A stretch of 64,000 nucleotides of DNA from a virus. Taxonomy: Duplodnaviria > Caudoviricetes. The notes beneath the pieces were generated by a model, which was not told the DNA's origin, ran no database searches, and saw only the letters and a list, made by a program, of their open reading frames with translations. The stretch's first letter is position 1. Each line of letters starts with the position of its first letter. The stretch lies in IMG/VR virus record IMGVR_UViG_3300033463_000027, positions 64,001-128,000 of that record, one strand, 5' to 3'. Shown in pieces: positions 49,166 through 61,310 of the stretch. Position numbers and translations under genes: made by a program.

Positions 49166-52100
49166 TTTACATAATCATACAGAATATAGCTTGCTTGATG
49201 CTTATGGCACTCCCGAAGAAATGCTTAAACGAGCCAAAGAAATTGGGCTGAAAGCGTATGCTATAACAGAGCATGGTAATCAATATTCTTGGGTTTATTT
49301 TGATAAGCTCAAAGAGAAATATCCTGAGATAAAAATAATATATGGTGTTGAACTCTATGAAGTTTTTGATACTTCTGTTAAAGATAATACAGATAAGCGT
49401 TTTCATTTGATTGCCCTTGCAAGAAATGAACAGGGAAGGATTGCGCTTAATAAAATTATCACCAAGTCTAATCTGGAAAACTTCTATTATAAGCCGAGGG
49501 TTCAAATAAGCAATATTGCTCCTTATGCTAAAGATTTAATAATCACTTCTGCCTGTCTCGCTTCTAAGATTGCAAGAGAAGATGATTACCAGTTGTGCGC
49601 AAAGTATATACGAGACTATAAGAGTGTGTTCCCTTTTTTCTTTCTTGAAATGCAAAGTCACAATACAACAGATCAAAAAGAATACAATCAAAAGATATTG
49701 CAGTTATCGAAAGATACTAATACTCCTTATATAATCACAACTGATAGTCACGCCGCTACCAAAGAAGATTTATATTACCAAGCAAGACACGTTCAAATAG
49801 CTCATGATAGTGAAACCATGAGTGAAAGTTATGAGGATTGTTATTTACAGAGTGAAGAAGAAATCCATAATATAATGGATAGTCAAATAGGTTATAAAGC
49901 TGTTTATAAAGGTCTTGCGACCACAAATGAAATAGCCGATTATTGCGAAGAAGTCAAGATGCCATTTCAAGATGCACAGCTACCAACTTACCCTCTGCCT
50001 GATGGGTTTAAAAGCAATTATGATTATCTTAAATATCTGATTGAACGGGGTTGGGCTGAACGCGCTATCAATAATTTATCAGCCGAGGAACAAAAAATAT
50101 ATAGAGACAGAGTTGATTATGAGTTAAATATAATACATTCTATGAATTTTGATGGCTATTTTCTCATTGTCGCAGATTTTATTGGCTATGCCAAAAATCA
50201 TGGAGTAAAGATCGGAGCTGGACGAGGTTCATGTTCGGGAAGTCTTGTATGTTTTTTGATTGGCATAACAAACTTAAACCCAATTAAATACAACTTAATT
50301 TTTGAAAGATTTCTAAATCCTGAAAGAATCTCCATGCCAGATACCGACACTGATGTATCGGATAGGGCGACAGTAATAAATTATCTTATTGACAAATATG
50401 GTGAAAATCGAGTTTGTCAAATAATCAACTTTTCATATATTACTCCAACAGTTGCTATTAAGGACGTTGGAAAGGTGCTTGGTTTTAAATTCAATGAGAT
50501 GGATAAGCTGTCAAAGAAATTTTCTTATGACACTTTTGATGAATGTATCGAGCATAATAGAGAATTTGTTGACAATCACCCTGAGTATACCGAGTTGTTT
50601 TCAATTGCTAAAAAGCTCAGTGGTCGTATAAAAACTGTTTCTGCTCATGCTGGCGGTGTAGGTATAGTAGATACTGCTATCACAGACTATATGGCTATGA
50701 AGTTGGGAACTAAAGATGAACACGTTATTTCGGTTGATAAAAGAGTAATTGAAGAAATTGGAATTATTAAATTTGATATACTTGGAGTTCAAACTTTAAG
50801 TATGGTTCAAGAGATTCAAGAGGATTTAGGCTTATCAGATTGGGATTTGGATATTAACAATCCAAAGTTTGAAAATGATACAACTCCTTTTGAATTGTTA
50901 AAGACCACAAAAACAAATGGCGTGTTCCAAGTTGAATCTGCTGGCATGAAAGACCTTTTGGGCAGACTACAAGCGAACAATATGGAAGAGTTGTCTGCGG
51001 TGCTTGCACTTTATCGTCCTGACAGTATGCCAGCTCTTGAAGAATTTATTGCTTGCAAACATGATAATTCGTTGGTTCACTATATTCACGATGACATGAA
51101 ACCAATTCTTGAAAGCACTTATGGCTGTATGATTTATCAGGAACAGCTCTTGGATATTGTTCGCACTTTTGGTGGTAGGTCTTATGGAGGGGCAGACCTT
51201 TTTCGCAAAGCGATCGGCAAAAAGAATAAGGAACTTGTACAACAAGAGTCCAAAAAACTCTATCAAGAAATAATGGAAAATGGTTACTCAGAAGAAATTG
51301 CCAAAACAATCAGTGATGATTTGGCAGAGAAAGGCGGGTACCTCTTTAATAAGAGCCATAGTTATAGTTATGCAGTTCTTTGTTTCCAAACCGCCTACCT
51401 CAAAGCTAACTACCCTGTTTATTTCTTTAAGGCTCTTTTTAATCTTAATAAGAACAAGGCAGGAGCTTTAAACAAATATATTCTTGACGCTAAAGATTTT
51501 AAGGTGACGATTTTACCGCCAAATATTAACCAGTCTGAGATGAACTTCTCAGTTGTAGATAATAAGGTTCTTTTTGGGTTGTCTGCTATTTCGGGCATTG
51601 GTGAAAATGTGGCTGCGGAAATCATAGAGGAACGTAATACAAACGGCAAATTTAAGAATTTTCAAGACCTTTTAAACAGAGTAGATTTGTCAAAGTCTCA
51701 AATTGTTTCTCTTATCAAAGCAGGAGCTATCCCTACCAAAGATAAAAAGAAATGCTTGATAAACTATCTTAAAAGCCAATATATTCCACTAACTTTCAAG
51801 CCTGTTTCTAAAGCACCAAGCTACGAAAAGTTGATAACAGACTATGGTTTTGACTTAGAAAAATACAGAACTGGTACAAAGAAGTACGATTATGATAAAG
51901 AAAGAATCCTTACCGATTATAACGTCCTAAAAGAAAAAGCGTTCAATCAACAGCAGACAGAACGTTTTCAGAAATATATTGACGATAATAAGAAGTATCT
52001 TGCTGATGAACAGTTTTGGGAATTTGAAGCACTTCAAATCTTTATAAACAACAATCCTTTTGAGGAAGCGTACAAGTATATTCAATCGCAGTTTGAAGAT

Positions 52101-52385
52101 ATAAATGAGGGCGATAAGTGCGTTGTGGTAGGTGTGATTTCAAGAGTTCAAAAGAAGAAAGACAGAAACAAGAATCAGTTTGCGTTTATTAACATTTATT
52201 CTTCCTTTGGATTGATCGAGGGAACTGTATGGCATTCGACCTACAAACAGTTTGAAGAACTGATTTATAAAGGAAGTCAAATAGCTATTGTGGGTAAGAA
52301 GCTGGGTGATGAAAACATAGCGGTTGAACAGATTAAAACTTATCAGCAATGGTTAAAGGACAGAAAAATTAAAATAGGGAAGTGA
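49155..52385 (+). CDS. dnaE: DNA polymerase III alpha subunit (YorL-like)
   Basis: PHP LHNHTEYSLLD, GRGS, FERFLNPER.SMPDTDTD, HAGG, KFDILG, FNKSHS. Confidence 0.96.
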   Translation: MYSSLHNHTEYSLLDAYGTPEEMLKRAKEIGLKAYAITEHGNQYSWVYFDKLKEKYPEIKIIYGVELYEVFDTSVKDNTDKRFHLIALARNEQGRIALNKIITKSNLENFYYKPRVQISNIAPYAKDLIITSACLASKIAREDDYQLCAKYIRDYKSVFPFFFLEMQSHNTTDQKEYNQKILQLSKDTNTPYIITTDSHAATKEDLYYQARHVQIAHDSETMSESYEDCYLQSEEEIHNIMDSQIGYKAVYKGLATTNEIADYCEEVKMPFQDAQLPTYPLPDGFKSNYDYLKYLIERGWAERAINNLSAEEQKIYRDRVDYELNIIHSMNFDGYFLIVADFIGYAKNHGVKIGAGRGSCSGSLVCFLIGITNLNPIKYNLIFERFLNPERISMPDTDTDVSDRATVINYLIDKYGENRVCQIINFSYITPTVAIKDVGKVLGFKFNEMDKLSKKFSYDTFDECIEHNREFVDNHPEYTELFSIAKKLSGRIKTVSAHAGGVGIVDTAITDYMAMKLGTKDEHVISVDKRVIEEIGIIKFDILGVQTLSMVQEIQEDLGLSDWDLDINNPKFENDTTPFELLKTTKTNGVFQVESAGMKDLLGRLQANNMEELSAVLALYRPDSMPALEEFIACKHDNSLVHYIHDDMKPILESTYGCMIYQEQLLDIVRTFGGRSYGGADLFRKAIGKKNKELVQQESKKLYQEIMENGYSEEIAKTISDDLAEKGGYLFNKSHSYSYAVLCFQTAYLKANYPVYFFKALFNLNKNKAGALNKYILDAKDFKVTILPPNINQSEMNFSVVDNKVLFGLSAISGIGENVAAEIIEERNTNGKFKNFQDLLNRVDLSKSQIVSLIKAGAIPTKDKKKCLINYLKSQYIPLTFKPVSKAPSYEKLITDYGFDLEKYRTGTKKYDYDKERILTDYNVLKEKAFNQQQTERFQKYIDDNKKYLADEQFWEFEALQIFINNNPFEEAYKYIQSQFEDINEGDKCVVVGVISRVQKKKDRNKNQFAFINIYSSFGLIEGTVWHSTYKQFEELIYKGSQIAIVGKKLGDENIAVEQIKTYQQWLKDRKIKIGK

Positions 52386-54622
52386 TATTTTTGGCTGATG
52401 AATTATTGAAGTTTACAATTATTCCTGAACAGCAAAGATTTTATAATGAGAACTCTCATTGGGGAGTATATGTGTTTTCTACTGATGATAAAATTCCCGA
52501 ATACTATATGAGCGATGTAAGATTTGAAGAAAATGAAATCCCTCGTAGATTTAGTGTTATCGCAGGATCAATGCAGCAGTTGACTATGGGTGCAAAATAT
52601 GAAGTTGAAGCTGTTTTGGAATACAATGCAAAATACAAGCAATATCAATATACTCCCAAGATGATTACAAGCTGTACTCCTAAGACGTATGACGAACAGG
52701 TAGCATACTTAAAGACACAGGTTACAGAACTGCAAGCCAAAAATATTTTGAGTGTTTATCCTAATGTGGTTGCTGATATTATTGAGGGGAAAGATATTGA
52801 TTTTACTCCGATCAATGGTATTGGCGAATACACTTGGAACAGAATCAAAAATAACGTAATTGAAAATTATGCTATTTCAGATGTGTTAATTATGTTACAG
52901 CCTTTGGGAGTAACATATAAAACAATCTCCAAGTTGATTTCCGATAGTACAAGTCCTACTGTTTTAAAGCAACAATTACTGGACAACCCTTATATCCTTA
53001 CGAAAGTAAAGGGTATGGGGTTCAAGAGAGTTGATGAAATTGCTTTAAAACTCAATTCCGATATTAAGGTGTCGTTAAAACGAGTGGTTGCTTTTATAAA
53101 GTATTATCTTCATTCCATTGCAAATGATAGTGGTAACACATGGGTAGCTCTTAATGTACTTGACGAGGGAGTAGGTGATACTATTCCTGAGTGCTTAGAA
53201 ATTTATCAAGGGTTTATTGAGCAGCAAAAAAATGATGGAATGTTCCTTTATATTGAGGGTAATAAAGTAGGTCTTGTCAAGTACAGGGAGCAAGAACTGA
53301 ATATTATTAACATACTGAAATACCTCGATAAGATCGAAACTGATTATGAGTTGGACATTCCCAAAGGAATTGCCGAAGCAGAAGAACAGTGCGGTTTTAA
53401 GTTTACTGTTGAACAGATTGACACAGTTAATAAGGTTTGCCATCATAATATAGGCATCTTCTCAGGCAAATCGGGTTGTGGTAAGTCAACCATATTAAGG
53501 GCAATCACCAACATTTATAAAAATAGTGGCAAGTCAATTGCTTGTTGCGCTTTGTCTGCGAAGGCAGCTCAAAGAATCACAGAAACAACGGGACGTGCAG
53601 CTATAACCATTCATCGTTTACTTAAATGGAATGGTAATGAGTTCAAGATGAATCAAGATAACAGGCTCGATTATGATGTGATTATTGTAGACGAGACTTC
53701 AATGATTAATACTCATATATTCTATGCTTTAGTTAAAGCAGTTAAAGAGGGCGCAAGAATAGTTATGTGCGGTGATGATGGTCAGTTACCTCCTATCGGA
53801 GAGGGTAATATTTTTCATGACTTGCTTATGTACGATGATACATTTGCTTGCTGTAAACTCACCAAGATAATGAGACAAGCTGAGAAATCTGGCATTGTAA
53901 CTGATGCGGCAAAGATACGCGAAAATATTTCTCCATTAGATAGACCTGAGTTAAAGGTTTCTACCGGAGAATTGAACGACATGACTTATATGTTCAGGGA
54001 CAATCGTGAGGGCATGAGAGAGCTTGCGATTAAACTATACCTTAAAGCTATCGAACAGTCTGGTGTTGATAATACTATCATCATTACGCCCTGTAAACAA
54101 AATCGTACCAATAGCACGTTTGAGATCAACAGTATCATTCAAGATGAATTAATTCCTGATACAGTACAGAGTATTAAATTTGGGATTAAGGAATTTAGAG
54201 TAGGTGCAAAGGTTATTCAGCGTAGTAACAATTATGATTTAAACGTATTCAACGGCGAGGTTGGGTTTATTACTGATATTTTTAAATGTGATGGTAAGAA
54301 CATGGTTCGCATTGATTTTGGCAATGGCAAGATTATTGATTTTGAACAGTCGCTACTTGCTGATGTAGAACTGGCTTATGCTTTGACTTGTCATTTAACA
54401 CAGGGTTCAGAATATCAGAATGTCATTTGCATTATTGACAATACCCACTACAAGCTGTTAGACAGTTGTTTACTTTACACAGCTATAACAAGAGCAAAGA
54501 AAAAGTGTTTGTTGATTGCAGAACCTTCGGCGTTTAGAAGATGTATTCAAAACAAGGCAAGTGATAGAAACACTTGGCTAAGTTATTATAAGGATAATGA
54601 AAATAAAGAAGAGGTGGTCTGA
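52382..54622 (+). CDS. RecD2-like SF1B helicase
   Basis: GMGFKRVD HhH, GKSGCGKST, VDETSM, GDDGQLPPIG, QGSEY, YTAITRAK. Confidence 0.92.
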   Translation: MIFLADELLKFTIIPEQQRFYNENSHWGVYVFSTDDKIPEYYMSDVRFEENEIPRRFSVIAGSMQQLTMGAKYEVEAVLEYNAKYKQYQYTPKMITSCTPKTYDEQVAYLKTQVTELQAKNILSVYPNVVADIIEGKDIDFTPINGIGEYTWNRIKNNVIENYAISDVLIMLQPLGVTYKTISKLISDSTSPTVLKQQLLDNPYILTKVKGMGFKRVDEIALKLNSDIKVSLKRVVAFIKYYLHSIANDSGNTWVALNVLDEGVGDTIPECLEIYQGFIEQQKNDGMFLYIEGNKVGLVKYREQELNIINILKYLDKIETDYELDIPKGIAEAEEQCGFKFTVEQIDTVNKVCHHNIGIFSGKSGCGKSTILRAITNIYKNSGKSIACCALSAKAAQRITETTGRAAITIHRLLKWNGNEFKMNQDNRLDYDVIIVDETSMINTHIFYALVKAVKEGARIVMCGDDGQLPPIGEGNIFHDLLMYDDTFACCKLTKIMRQAEKSGIVTDAAKIRENISPLDRPELKVSTGELNDMTYMFRDNREGMRELAIKLYLKAIEQSGVDNTIIITPCKQNRTNSTFEINSIIQDELIPDTVQSIKFGIKEFRVGAKVIQRSNNYDLNVFNGEVGFITDIFKCDGKNMVRIDFGNGKIIDFEQSLLADVELAYALTCHLTQGSEYQNVICIIDNTHYKLLDSCLLYTAITRAKKKCLLIAEPSAFRRCIQNKASDRNTWLSYYKDNENKEEVV

Positions 54623-54624
54623 CC

Positions 54625-55316
54625 ATGTGGATAAGAACAATTAACACACAAAACAAAGAAATCCTCATTAACCTTGACAAAATCGAGAGTATACAATTCC
54701 TCGACCAAAAGAACGAAACTATCCTTATACCCGCCACAGACCCCGAAGGTGCAGCTTATACTATCAAAGGTACTCCCGATAGAATCTTTGAATTGCTTGA
54801 ACAGAAAGGTATGGTCGAGGTTTTACCGTTGCCGAGAGAAGAGGAAGATGAAGAAGAATGTAATATTGCCGATGAGGAATGGCGTGAGTGGGCAAGAAAA
54901 ATGCTTAAACAGGAGTGATTAACATGAAACGCAAATACTTGGATGATTTGGGGATAAAAGACAGACATGATCTGTGGAACCCCAATGACAATAGACAATC
55001 AATATGGCAAAGACAAAGAAGGGAATATGGTTTTGACGAACGTGAAACATGGTCGCTGGACAGCGCGTTTTATCTTTGGCTTTACGAGAGATTAAAGATG
55101 TATCTTGAATACGCCAGTAAAATAGTAAATTTAGACTTTCATGAGTTCGTCTATAAAGGTGAGAAGTACACTCAAAAGCAATTGATTAATATGATGATTG
55201 AACGATTAGAAAATTACTTTGCTAACAAGTATGACACCGAGAGCGAAGAAGAAAGTAGCCGCTTGGACGAGGTTGCAGAGATTTGGGCGTTGGTGTTACC
55301 CGCGATGTGGTGGTGA
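54625..55316 (+). CDS. Two hypothetical genes (54625-54918, 54915-55316)
   Basis: Contiguous ORFs; the second has a YGFDERETWSLD motif. Confidence 0.6.
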
Positions 55317-55644
55317 GATTATGAAGCTAAATCAGTATGATGTAGATACTTACGAACAGGTTTTGCATAGTATAGGTATTGATGTAGTAGATAGAACCGC
55401 TGTTGTGTCAACGAGTAACACTAATTATTTTTATGATGTAAGCATGATCCCCATGTCAGAGCGTAGGTTAATGGGGGATGAGGTAAGAGTAGATAACAAT
55501 GTTATAGTTTGTTTTGATAGGTTGGAAGTTAAACGCGAGGGATTGATTGCATATTTATCTGCATTAGTTTCAATAGATTATATTTCTATAAAAAATGATT
55601 GTGGATTATGGTATCATGATTCAAACGTGTATGCAATACAATAA

Positions 55645-56911
55645 TGGTCAGCGAAGATTCCCCACCCTCTAAGCGACAACGTAGGGCGGGGAGGAATCGC
55701 ATAGAAAGGTGGTGAATAAATGTTTAGAGCGTATAAGATGAGGATATTTCCTACAGAAGAACAAAAGGTGCTTATTGTTAAGACTTTTGGTTGTTGTCGT
55801 TGGTATTGGAATCAGGCTTTACATGACAATATAGAATACTACAAAGAGAATGGCAAAGGCAAAATTACTACTCCTGCAAAATATAAAACTGAGAACGAAT
55901 GGCTTAAAGAAGTAGATTCTATGGCATTATGTAATACCCAAATGGATTTACAATCTGCTTTTTCCAAATTCTTTTCTCAACCAAAGACTGGATTCCCTAA
56001 GTATAAGTCTAAGAAAAGACCGAAGAATAGTTATAAGACAACAAGGTCAAAGGGATATGAAGTGACAGATGATTATATTAAGTTGCCAAAACTTAAAGAA
56101 GTCAAACTTGTTAATCATCGTCATAAAACAGGAATTTGCAAATCAGCTACAATATCTCTTACTTCGTCTGGACAGTATTATGTATCTTGTCTGTTTAAAG
56201 AAGAAGTGGATTTATTACCCGCAACTGATAAAGAAATAGGTGTGGATTTAGGTCTTGTTGATTTAGCAATATGTTCAGATGGAACTAAGTTTCCTGTACT
56301 ACGATCATTGAGAAAAAATTTATCAAAATTAAAACGAGAACAACGAAAACTAAGTAAAATGGTTTATGGCAGTAATTGCTATCTAAAACAAAAACAAAGA
56401 GTAGCAAAACTACATGAGCATATAGCAAATCAGCGCAAGGATTATTTGCATAAAATAAGTCACAAACTCATAAACGAGAACCAAGTTGTGTGTTTGGAGG
56501 ACTTAAACGTAAAAGGACTTCTGAAAAATCATCATTTAGCGTTATCAATATCTGATGTTGGTTGGTCTGAATTTGTATCTATGTTGCAATACAAAGCCGA
56601 TTGGTATGGTAGAACAATACAGAAGATAGGCAGATTCTATTCAAGCAGTCAGATTTGCAGTTATTGTGGTTATAAATCAGGAAAGAAACCGTTGCATATT
56701 AGAGAATGGACTTGCCCTGAATGCGGAACACATCATGACCGAGATGTGAATGCAGCTAAAAACATACTGCAAGAAGGTAAAAGACTTTTGGCGGCAAGCA
56801 CCTGCCGTAACAGGCAATTTATGCTCTCGGATAAGCTATCTCAGCCTAAAAATGAGATAGCGAAGCTGAATCGAGTTGCAAGCTCCGTCCTCTTAGGTTG
56901 GAGTGGTTGAC
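55645..56911 (+). mobile_element. IS200/IS605-family TnpB-only element
   Basis: Left hairpin at about 55650-55700; right end TTGAC 56907-56911; left boundary approximate. Confidence 0.75.
55720..56910 (+). CDS. tnpB: RNA-guided endonuclease TnpB
   Basis: HTH N-terminus, GVDLG, CLEDL, CxxC Zn finger and DRDVNAA all intact. Confidence 0.93.
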   Translation: MFRAYKMRIFPTEEQKVLIVKTFGCCRWYWNQALHDNIEYYKENGKGKITTPAKYKTENEWLKEVDSMALCNTQMDLQSAFSKFFSQPKTGFPKYKSKKRPKNSYKTTRSKGYEVTDDYIKLPKLKEVKLVNHRHKTGICKSATISLTSSGQYYVSCLFKEEVDLLPATDKEIGVDLGLVDLAICSDGTKFPVLRSLRKNLSKLKREQRKLSKMVYGSNCYLKQKQRVAKLHEHIANQRKDYLHKISHKLINENQVVCLEDLNVKGLLKNHHLALSISDVGWSEFVSMLQYKADWYGRTIQKIGRFYSSSQICSYCGYKSGKKPLHIREWTCPECGTHHDRDVNAAKNILQEGKRLLAASTCRNRQFMLSDKLSQPKNEIAKLNRVASSVLLGWSG

Positions 56912-57091
56912 TAATGGTAACTTATTTTCAATAGCATTAAAGGGATTGTCTCATGAATATGTACTTGATGTATTAGATCACACTACCAAAGAAGAATGGC
57001 ACGAAGGCACAGTCCTCGTTGAACAACGCCTTGCTGAATTTTCGCAAGAAGATAATAAAGAAAGATTTGATTTGTAAAAAGGAGAATAATT

Positions 57092-57991
57092 ATGGAACAC
57101 AAGAAGTTTATGGACATTGAAAGAATTAAAGAAGGATATGCGACTGGTTTTAATAAGGGAGATTTTATCTACATCGAAGAGAAGATCGACGGAAGTAATG
57201 CTGCAATCAGGTATGATAAAACAACCAACTCAATAGTAGCGCAGAGTCGTAAGCAGATACTTACTCCAACTAATAATCTGCGTGGGTTCTATGAGTTTGC
57301 ACAGCGGCTCGATGTTGATAAGATTAAGAAGGAACTTGGCGACAACTTGATCGCTTACGGGGAGTGGGCTGTCCCTCACACCGTCAAATATCCTGATGAT
57401 AAGTACAATAATTTCTATATGTTCGACGTATACGATTTGGAAACACAGTCTTATCTGCCGCAGAACAAAGTCATAGCTATCGCTGAAAATCTCGGATTAA
57501 CGATGGTTCCCATATTCTATGTAGGTGAGTTTATCTCATGGGAACATTGTATGAGCTTCGTTGGTAAGTCTGAATTGGGTGCAGAAAGTGGGGAAGGAAT
57601 CATTGTTAAGAGCCAAACAAGATTAAACGATCCCGATTATCGCCACCCATTCTATCTGAAAATTGTTGGTGAAAAGTTCTGCGAAACAAAAGCGCATGGA
57701 CATATAAAGCAGACCAATCCTGATGTTCTTGCAAAACTTGAAGCAGATAGGGAACTTGCAGAAACCATTGTAACCGAAGCAAGAGTTACAAAAATTTTAC
57801 ACAAGATGGTCGATGAAGGAATAATCCCTGCGGATTGGGGTAGTCATGATATGGGAACTATTGCAAAGAATTTGCCCCGTTTGGTGTATGAGGATTGTGT
57901 TAAGGAAGAGTCTGAAACAGTTAATGCAATTAATAACTTTGGAAAGATAGCAAACTCGATTGCAATGGGTGTAGTGAGAAATAAGCTTTAA
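57092..57991 (+). CDS. Rnl2-like RNA ligase
   Basis: EEKIDGSNA motif I, YGEW, FDVY, EGIIVK, LKIV. Confidence 0.85.
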   Translation: MEHKKFMDIERIKEGYATGFNKGDFIYIEEKIDGSNAAIRYDKTTNSIVAQSRKQILTPTNNLRGFYEFAQRLDVDKIKKELGDNLIAYGEWAVPHTVKYPDDKYNNFYMFDVYDLETQSYLPQNKVIAIAENLGLTMVPIFYVGEFISWEHCMSFVGKSELGAESGEGIIVKSQTRLNDPDYRHPFYLKIVGEKFCETKAHGHIKQTNPDVLAKLEADRELAETIVTEARVTKILHKMVDEGIIPADWGSHDMGTIAKNLPRLVYEDCVKEESETVNAINNFGKIANSIAMGVVRNKL

Positions 57992-58003
57992 GGAGAATTA
58001 ACT

Positions 58004-58700
58004 ATGATAAGATTTCCAGAAACAATAAACAATGTGACTTATGATAACTTCTGCAACTGCGTAGAAGCGTTAAAGAAATGGGATAACTTTGCCGATGAAC
58101 TTGAAGAAATTACTGGTCATGGAATAGTTATATGGGAAATAAACGAGCTTACAGGAATAAACACCCAACTTGTGCATTTCTTAGCAAAAGCACTCAATGA
58201 TGGTACAGAAGCAATTATGTATTTTCTATACGAACTTGAATATGGTGAAAGATATGCTTTTGGTGACTGCGATTATGACTACCGTGGAACAGGTGAGATT
58301 ATAGAAACTCCGCTGCGTAATGAAAAAGAACTGTGGCTGTTCCTTGCACTCGATAATCAGATCATTGACAAGAATGAGTATCAAACCTTATTGGCGAAAG
58401 GGTGATAGTATGACGTTTGAAGAAAAGTATGGTTGCTTCACCAATTACCAAAATGAAACTGCGCGTAAGGCTTTAGAGTTTAATAAGGGTGAGTTGCATA
58501 CTTTAGAAGTCGCTTTGAGGTTTGGCAATGATTATGCAGTAAGAACCAATCTTCCTTATAGTGAGATTGAGAATAGGTATAATAAATTAAAAGAATTAGT
58601 TGCTTATCTTGAAAAGCTGTTAAAATCGAATGGTAGAATTATTGACCCTCTTTATAGGGCATATTGGATTTCAATTAAAGACAAAGAATACGAGGTGTAA
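58004..58700 (+). CDS. Two hypothetical genes (58004-58405, about 58410-58700)
   Basis: Contiguous ORFs with RBSs. Confidence 0.6.
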
Positions 58701-58701
58701 C

Positions 58702-59286
58702 ATGAATGACCATATAAACAAAACAAAACCACAGGACGTAGTTATTCTGATCGACATAGACGATGTGCTTACATACTTTGTCCCTGCGTGGGTCAAATGG
58801 CTCAACGATAAGTATGGGCTTGACGTTAGGTATGAAGATATAACCGAGTGGGAGGTAGCAAAATTCTTCCCCACACTTACACCAGAGCAAGTGTTTGAAC
58901 CTTTAGGTACAAGAGAGTTCTGTGAAAGTGTACAGGTCAGACCCGATGCCGTGGAGTACGTCAAGAAGTTGCATGACATGGGTTATCAGATTTATCTTTG
59001 TACTGCGACTAACTATCACAATATCAAGGATAAATATGAGGTTATAATTAAGCAACATCTTCCTTACATTGATTGGGCGCACGTTATTGTGACTTCCAAA
59101 AAGCAAATGATTAGAGGGGATTATTTAATAGACGATTGTGTAGACAATCTGATAGGTGGCGAGTACATACCCATTTGCATGGCAGTTCCGCATAATGAAT
59201 ATCTTGGTTCGCCCGGAAGATGTGATAACTGGAAAGATATTTACAATTGGATTATGTTTTGTGAAAGAAAGCAGGGGCGACTGTGA
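58702..59286 (+). CDS. 5'(3')-deoxyribonucleotidase, HAD family
   Basis: IDIDDVL, CTAT, K..IRGDYLIDD, PHN. Confidence 0.85.
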   Translation: MNDHINKTKPQDVVILIDIDDVLTYFVPAWVKWLNDKYGLDVRYEDITEWEVAKFFPTLTPEQVFEPLGTREFCESVQVRPDAVEYVKKLHDMGYQIYLCTATNYHNIKDKYEVIIKQHLPYIDWAHVIVTSKKQMIRGDYLIDDCVDNLIGGEYIPICMAVPHNEYLGSPGRCDNWKDIYNWIMFCERKQGRL

Positions 59287-60399
59287 TGAAAGATTTTGAA
59301 GCCTATTTTTGTCCCATACCTTATTATGGTCACGATGAGGAAGAGAGGATTAGACCTCAAAAGCCCAAAGTAATCAAATACTTTTATGGAGAGTATTACG
59401 AGTGTCCTAATTGTAAGTTGATGATTATGCAGCATGAAACAAAAGATACGAATTATTGTAAGAAGTGTGGGCAGAAGTTTGATTGGAATGGAATAATTTA
59501 AGGGTGATGATATGTTTATCTTTACATGGCTTAGTAATCATAAGCTACAAACAAATGCTGAACTAATATTATTTGGTATTCTTATTTTTATGATAATTAT
59601 ATTTTTTATTATAGGTATAATATGGAATGAAAGGGTGTGAGTAACATAATGAATGACGATAACACTATTTTTATGGTTTCCAGACAAGCAATCCTTAATC
59701 AAATAGACAGAGAAACAAAGAACACCTCTCCAAGTCTATACGACAAAGAAGATAAATTCATGGAGTTCATGGACGATGAAAACACCTCTGAGTTTGGTAG
59801 ATGGCAATGGGCAAATGGATATAATGCCGCGTTAGTGACTATAAGGTTGTTTGTTGAGAAAATGAAGAGTATAGATATGATGATCGAGATTGGTAAACCA
59901 GTCAAGGCAGTAGAACTTGCAATGGTAATGCCTTATTCAGAACATGAGATATTGGGCGCGTTATCTGATGGAACTTATCAAGGTCTTATTATGAAAGACG
60001 ATGGTGCGTGGGTAGTTACAGATGAAGCAAGAGATTTGTGGGAGTGTGAGTGATATGCGACCGATTGATGGGGACGCACTAAAAGAAAAGTTACAAGAGC
60101 AACAAAAATATGGGAGCATAGCAGATAGCAGAGGTCGTGCCAAGGCTATTGTTGAGGTAATACACGCTCCCACCATTGAAGTCGAGCCTGTCAACCCCAA
60201 GATGACTAACCGTGAAAGATTTATGCGTGAAATATCAAATGAAGATTTGGCAAAGATTTTGAAAGATGCAAGTGGTGGGAATTGTCCTTGCCAGTATTGT
60301 ATAGAAATGCAAGACACTTGTAAGCTCAAACCTTGTATAGAGGGAGTAATAGAGTGGTTAGAAAGTCCAAGTGACAAAGGTGAAACGGAGAGTGAATAA
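59283..60399 (+). CDS. Three hypothetical genes (59283-59501 Zn-ribbon, 59637-60053, about 60055-60399)
   Basis: Contiguous ORFs. Confidence 0.6.
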
Positions 60400-60403
60400 A
60401 ACA

Positions 60404-60805
60404 ATGCGTGATATTCTTTTCAGAGCCAAGAGAATTGATAACGGTGAATGGGTATATGGCTATTACATCAAGACCCATGATTATCTGGATAATAGGGAAA
60501 TACATCTTATAGTTGGTATTGATTCTACGTCTTTTCCTGCTAATGAAATTACAGACACAAACGAAATTGATCCTGAAACTCTTGGGCAGTATACGGGGTT
60601 TACAGATAAGAATGGTACGAAAATCTTTGAGGGGAATATTTGTCATTTTTATGGTGGTGAGTATTATAGCGGTTTTTGGGAGTTGAATCACGTTTGCAAA
60701 ATCGAAATCTGTGTTGAATGTTTGCATTATCTTGAAAATGCCGAATTTGTAGAGGTTATGGGAAACGTGTATGATAATCCTGAGTTGTTGGAGGAAAAGA
60801 AGTAA
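60404..60805 (+). CDS. YopX-family protein
   Basis: ILFRAK..GEWVYG, GQYTG..DKNG.KIFEG, EVMGNVYDNPELL. Confidence 0.9.
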   Translation: MRDILFRAKRIDNGEWVYGYYIKTHDYLDNREIHLIVGIDSTSFPANEITDTNEIDPETLGQYTGFTDKNGTKIFEGNICHFYGGEYYSGFWELNHVCKIEICVECLHYLENAEFVEVMGNVYDNPELLEEKK

Positions 60806-61299
60806 TGAGTACAAGAAATATATTGTTTCGAGGTAAAGATGTAAAGACAAATAAATGGGTTTATGGCTATTATGTTTGGAATCCTAATGGTACTTATATT
60901 ATAGCTTACGATGATGAGATTGCTCGTATGCTGCTTGTTCATGATAATTTATGTCTTAAACGCCTAAAAGGTGTAGAAGCCCATGATTGGAGAGCTGTTG
61001 ACCCAGCAACCGTAGGCGAAATTACAGGTTGGAACGATTGCACTTTAACTGAAATATTTGAAGGCGATATAATTTGCTGTAAGGATAAGATTGGAATTGT
61101 TGAATATGGGGATTACAAAATAACTCTTGATGACGAGAGTGATAGTATAATAGGCTTTCATGTTAATTGGATTCAAGAAACGCAAATGAGAAAAGACCTT
61201 CAATATTGGGCGATCAATTATCATAGTGAACTCAAAATAGTTGGTAACATTTTTGACAATATAAATATTGAGCCTAAATTTAAAGAACAACTAATATGA
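60805..61299 (+). CDS. YopX-family protein
   Basis: ILFRGK..WVYG, IFEGDI, IVGNIFDN. Confidence 0.88.
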   Translation: MSTRNILFRGKDVKTNKWVYGYYVWNPNGTYIIAYDDEIARMLLVHDNLCLKRLKGVEAHDWRAVDPATVGEITGWNDCTLTEIFEGDIICCKDKIGIVEYGDYKITLDDESDSIIGFHVNWIQETQMRKDLQYWAINYHSELKIVGNIFDNINIEPKFKEQLI

Positions 61300-61310
61300 G
61301 GTAAATAATA

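Larger units (their letters stand above)
55321..57077 (+). pseudogene. Phage gene split by the TnpB element (5' part 55321 to about 55640, 3' part 56913-57077)
   Basis: A 54-codon open frame NGNLFSIALKG...RFDL* resumes right after the IS right end with no start codon. Confidence 0.6.

Noticed and set aside
44865-54622. Inteins or introns in helicase, DnaE and RecD2
   Set aside because: The ORFs are continuous, of normal length, and show no intein splice motifs.
55645-55720. IStron (group I intron plus TnpB)
   Set aside because: Only about 80 nt precede tnpB, too short for a group I core.
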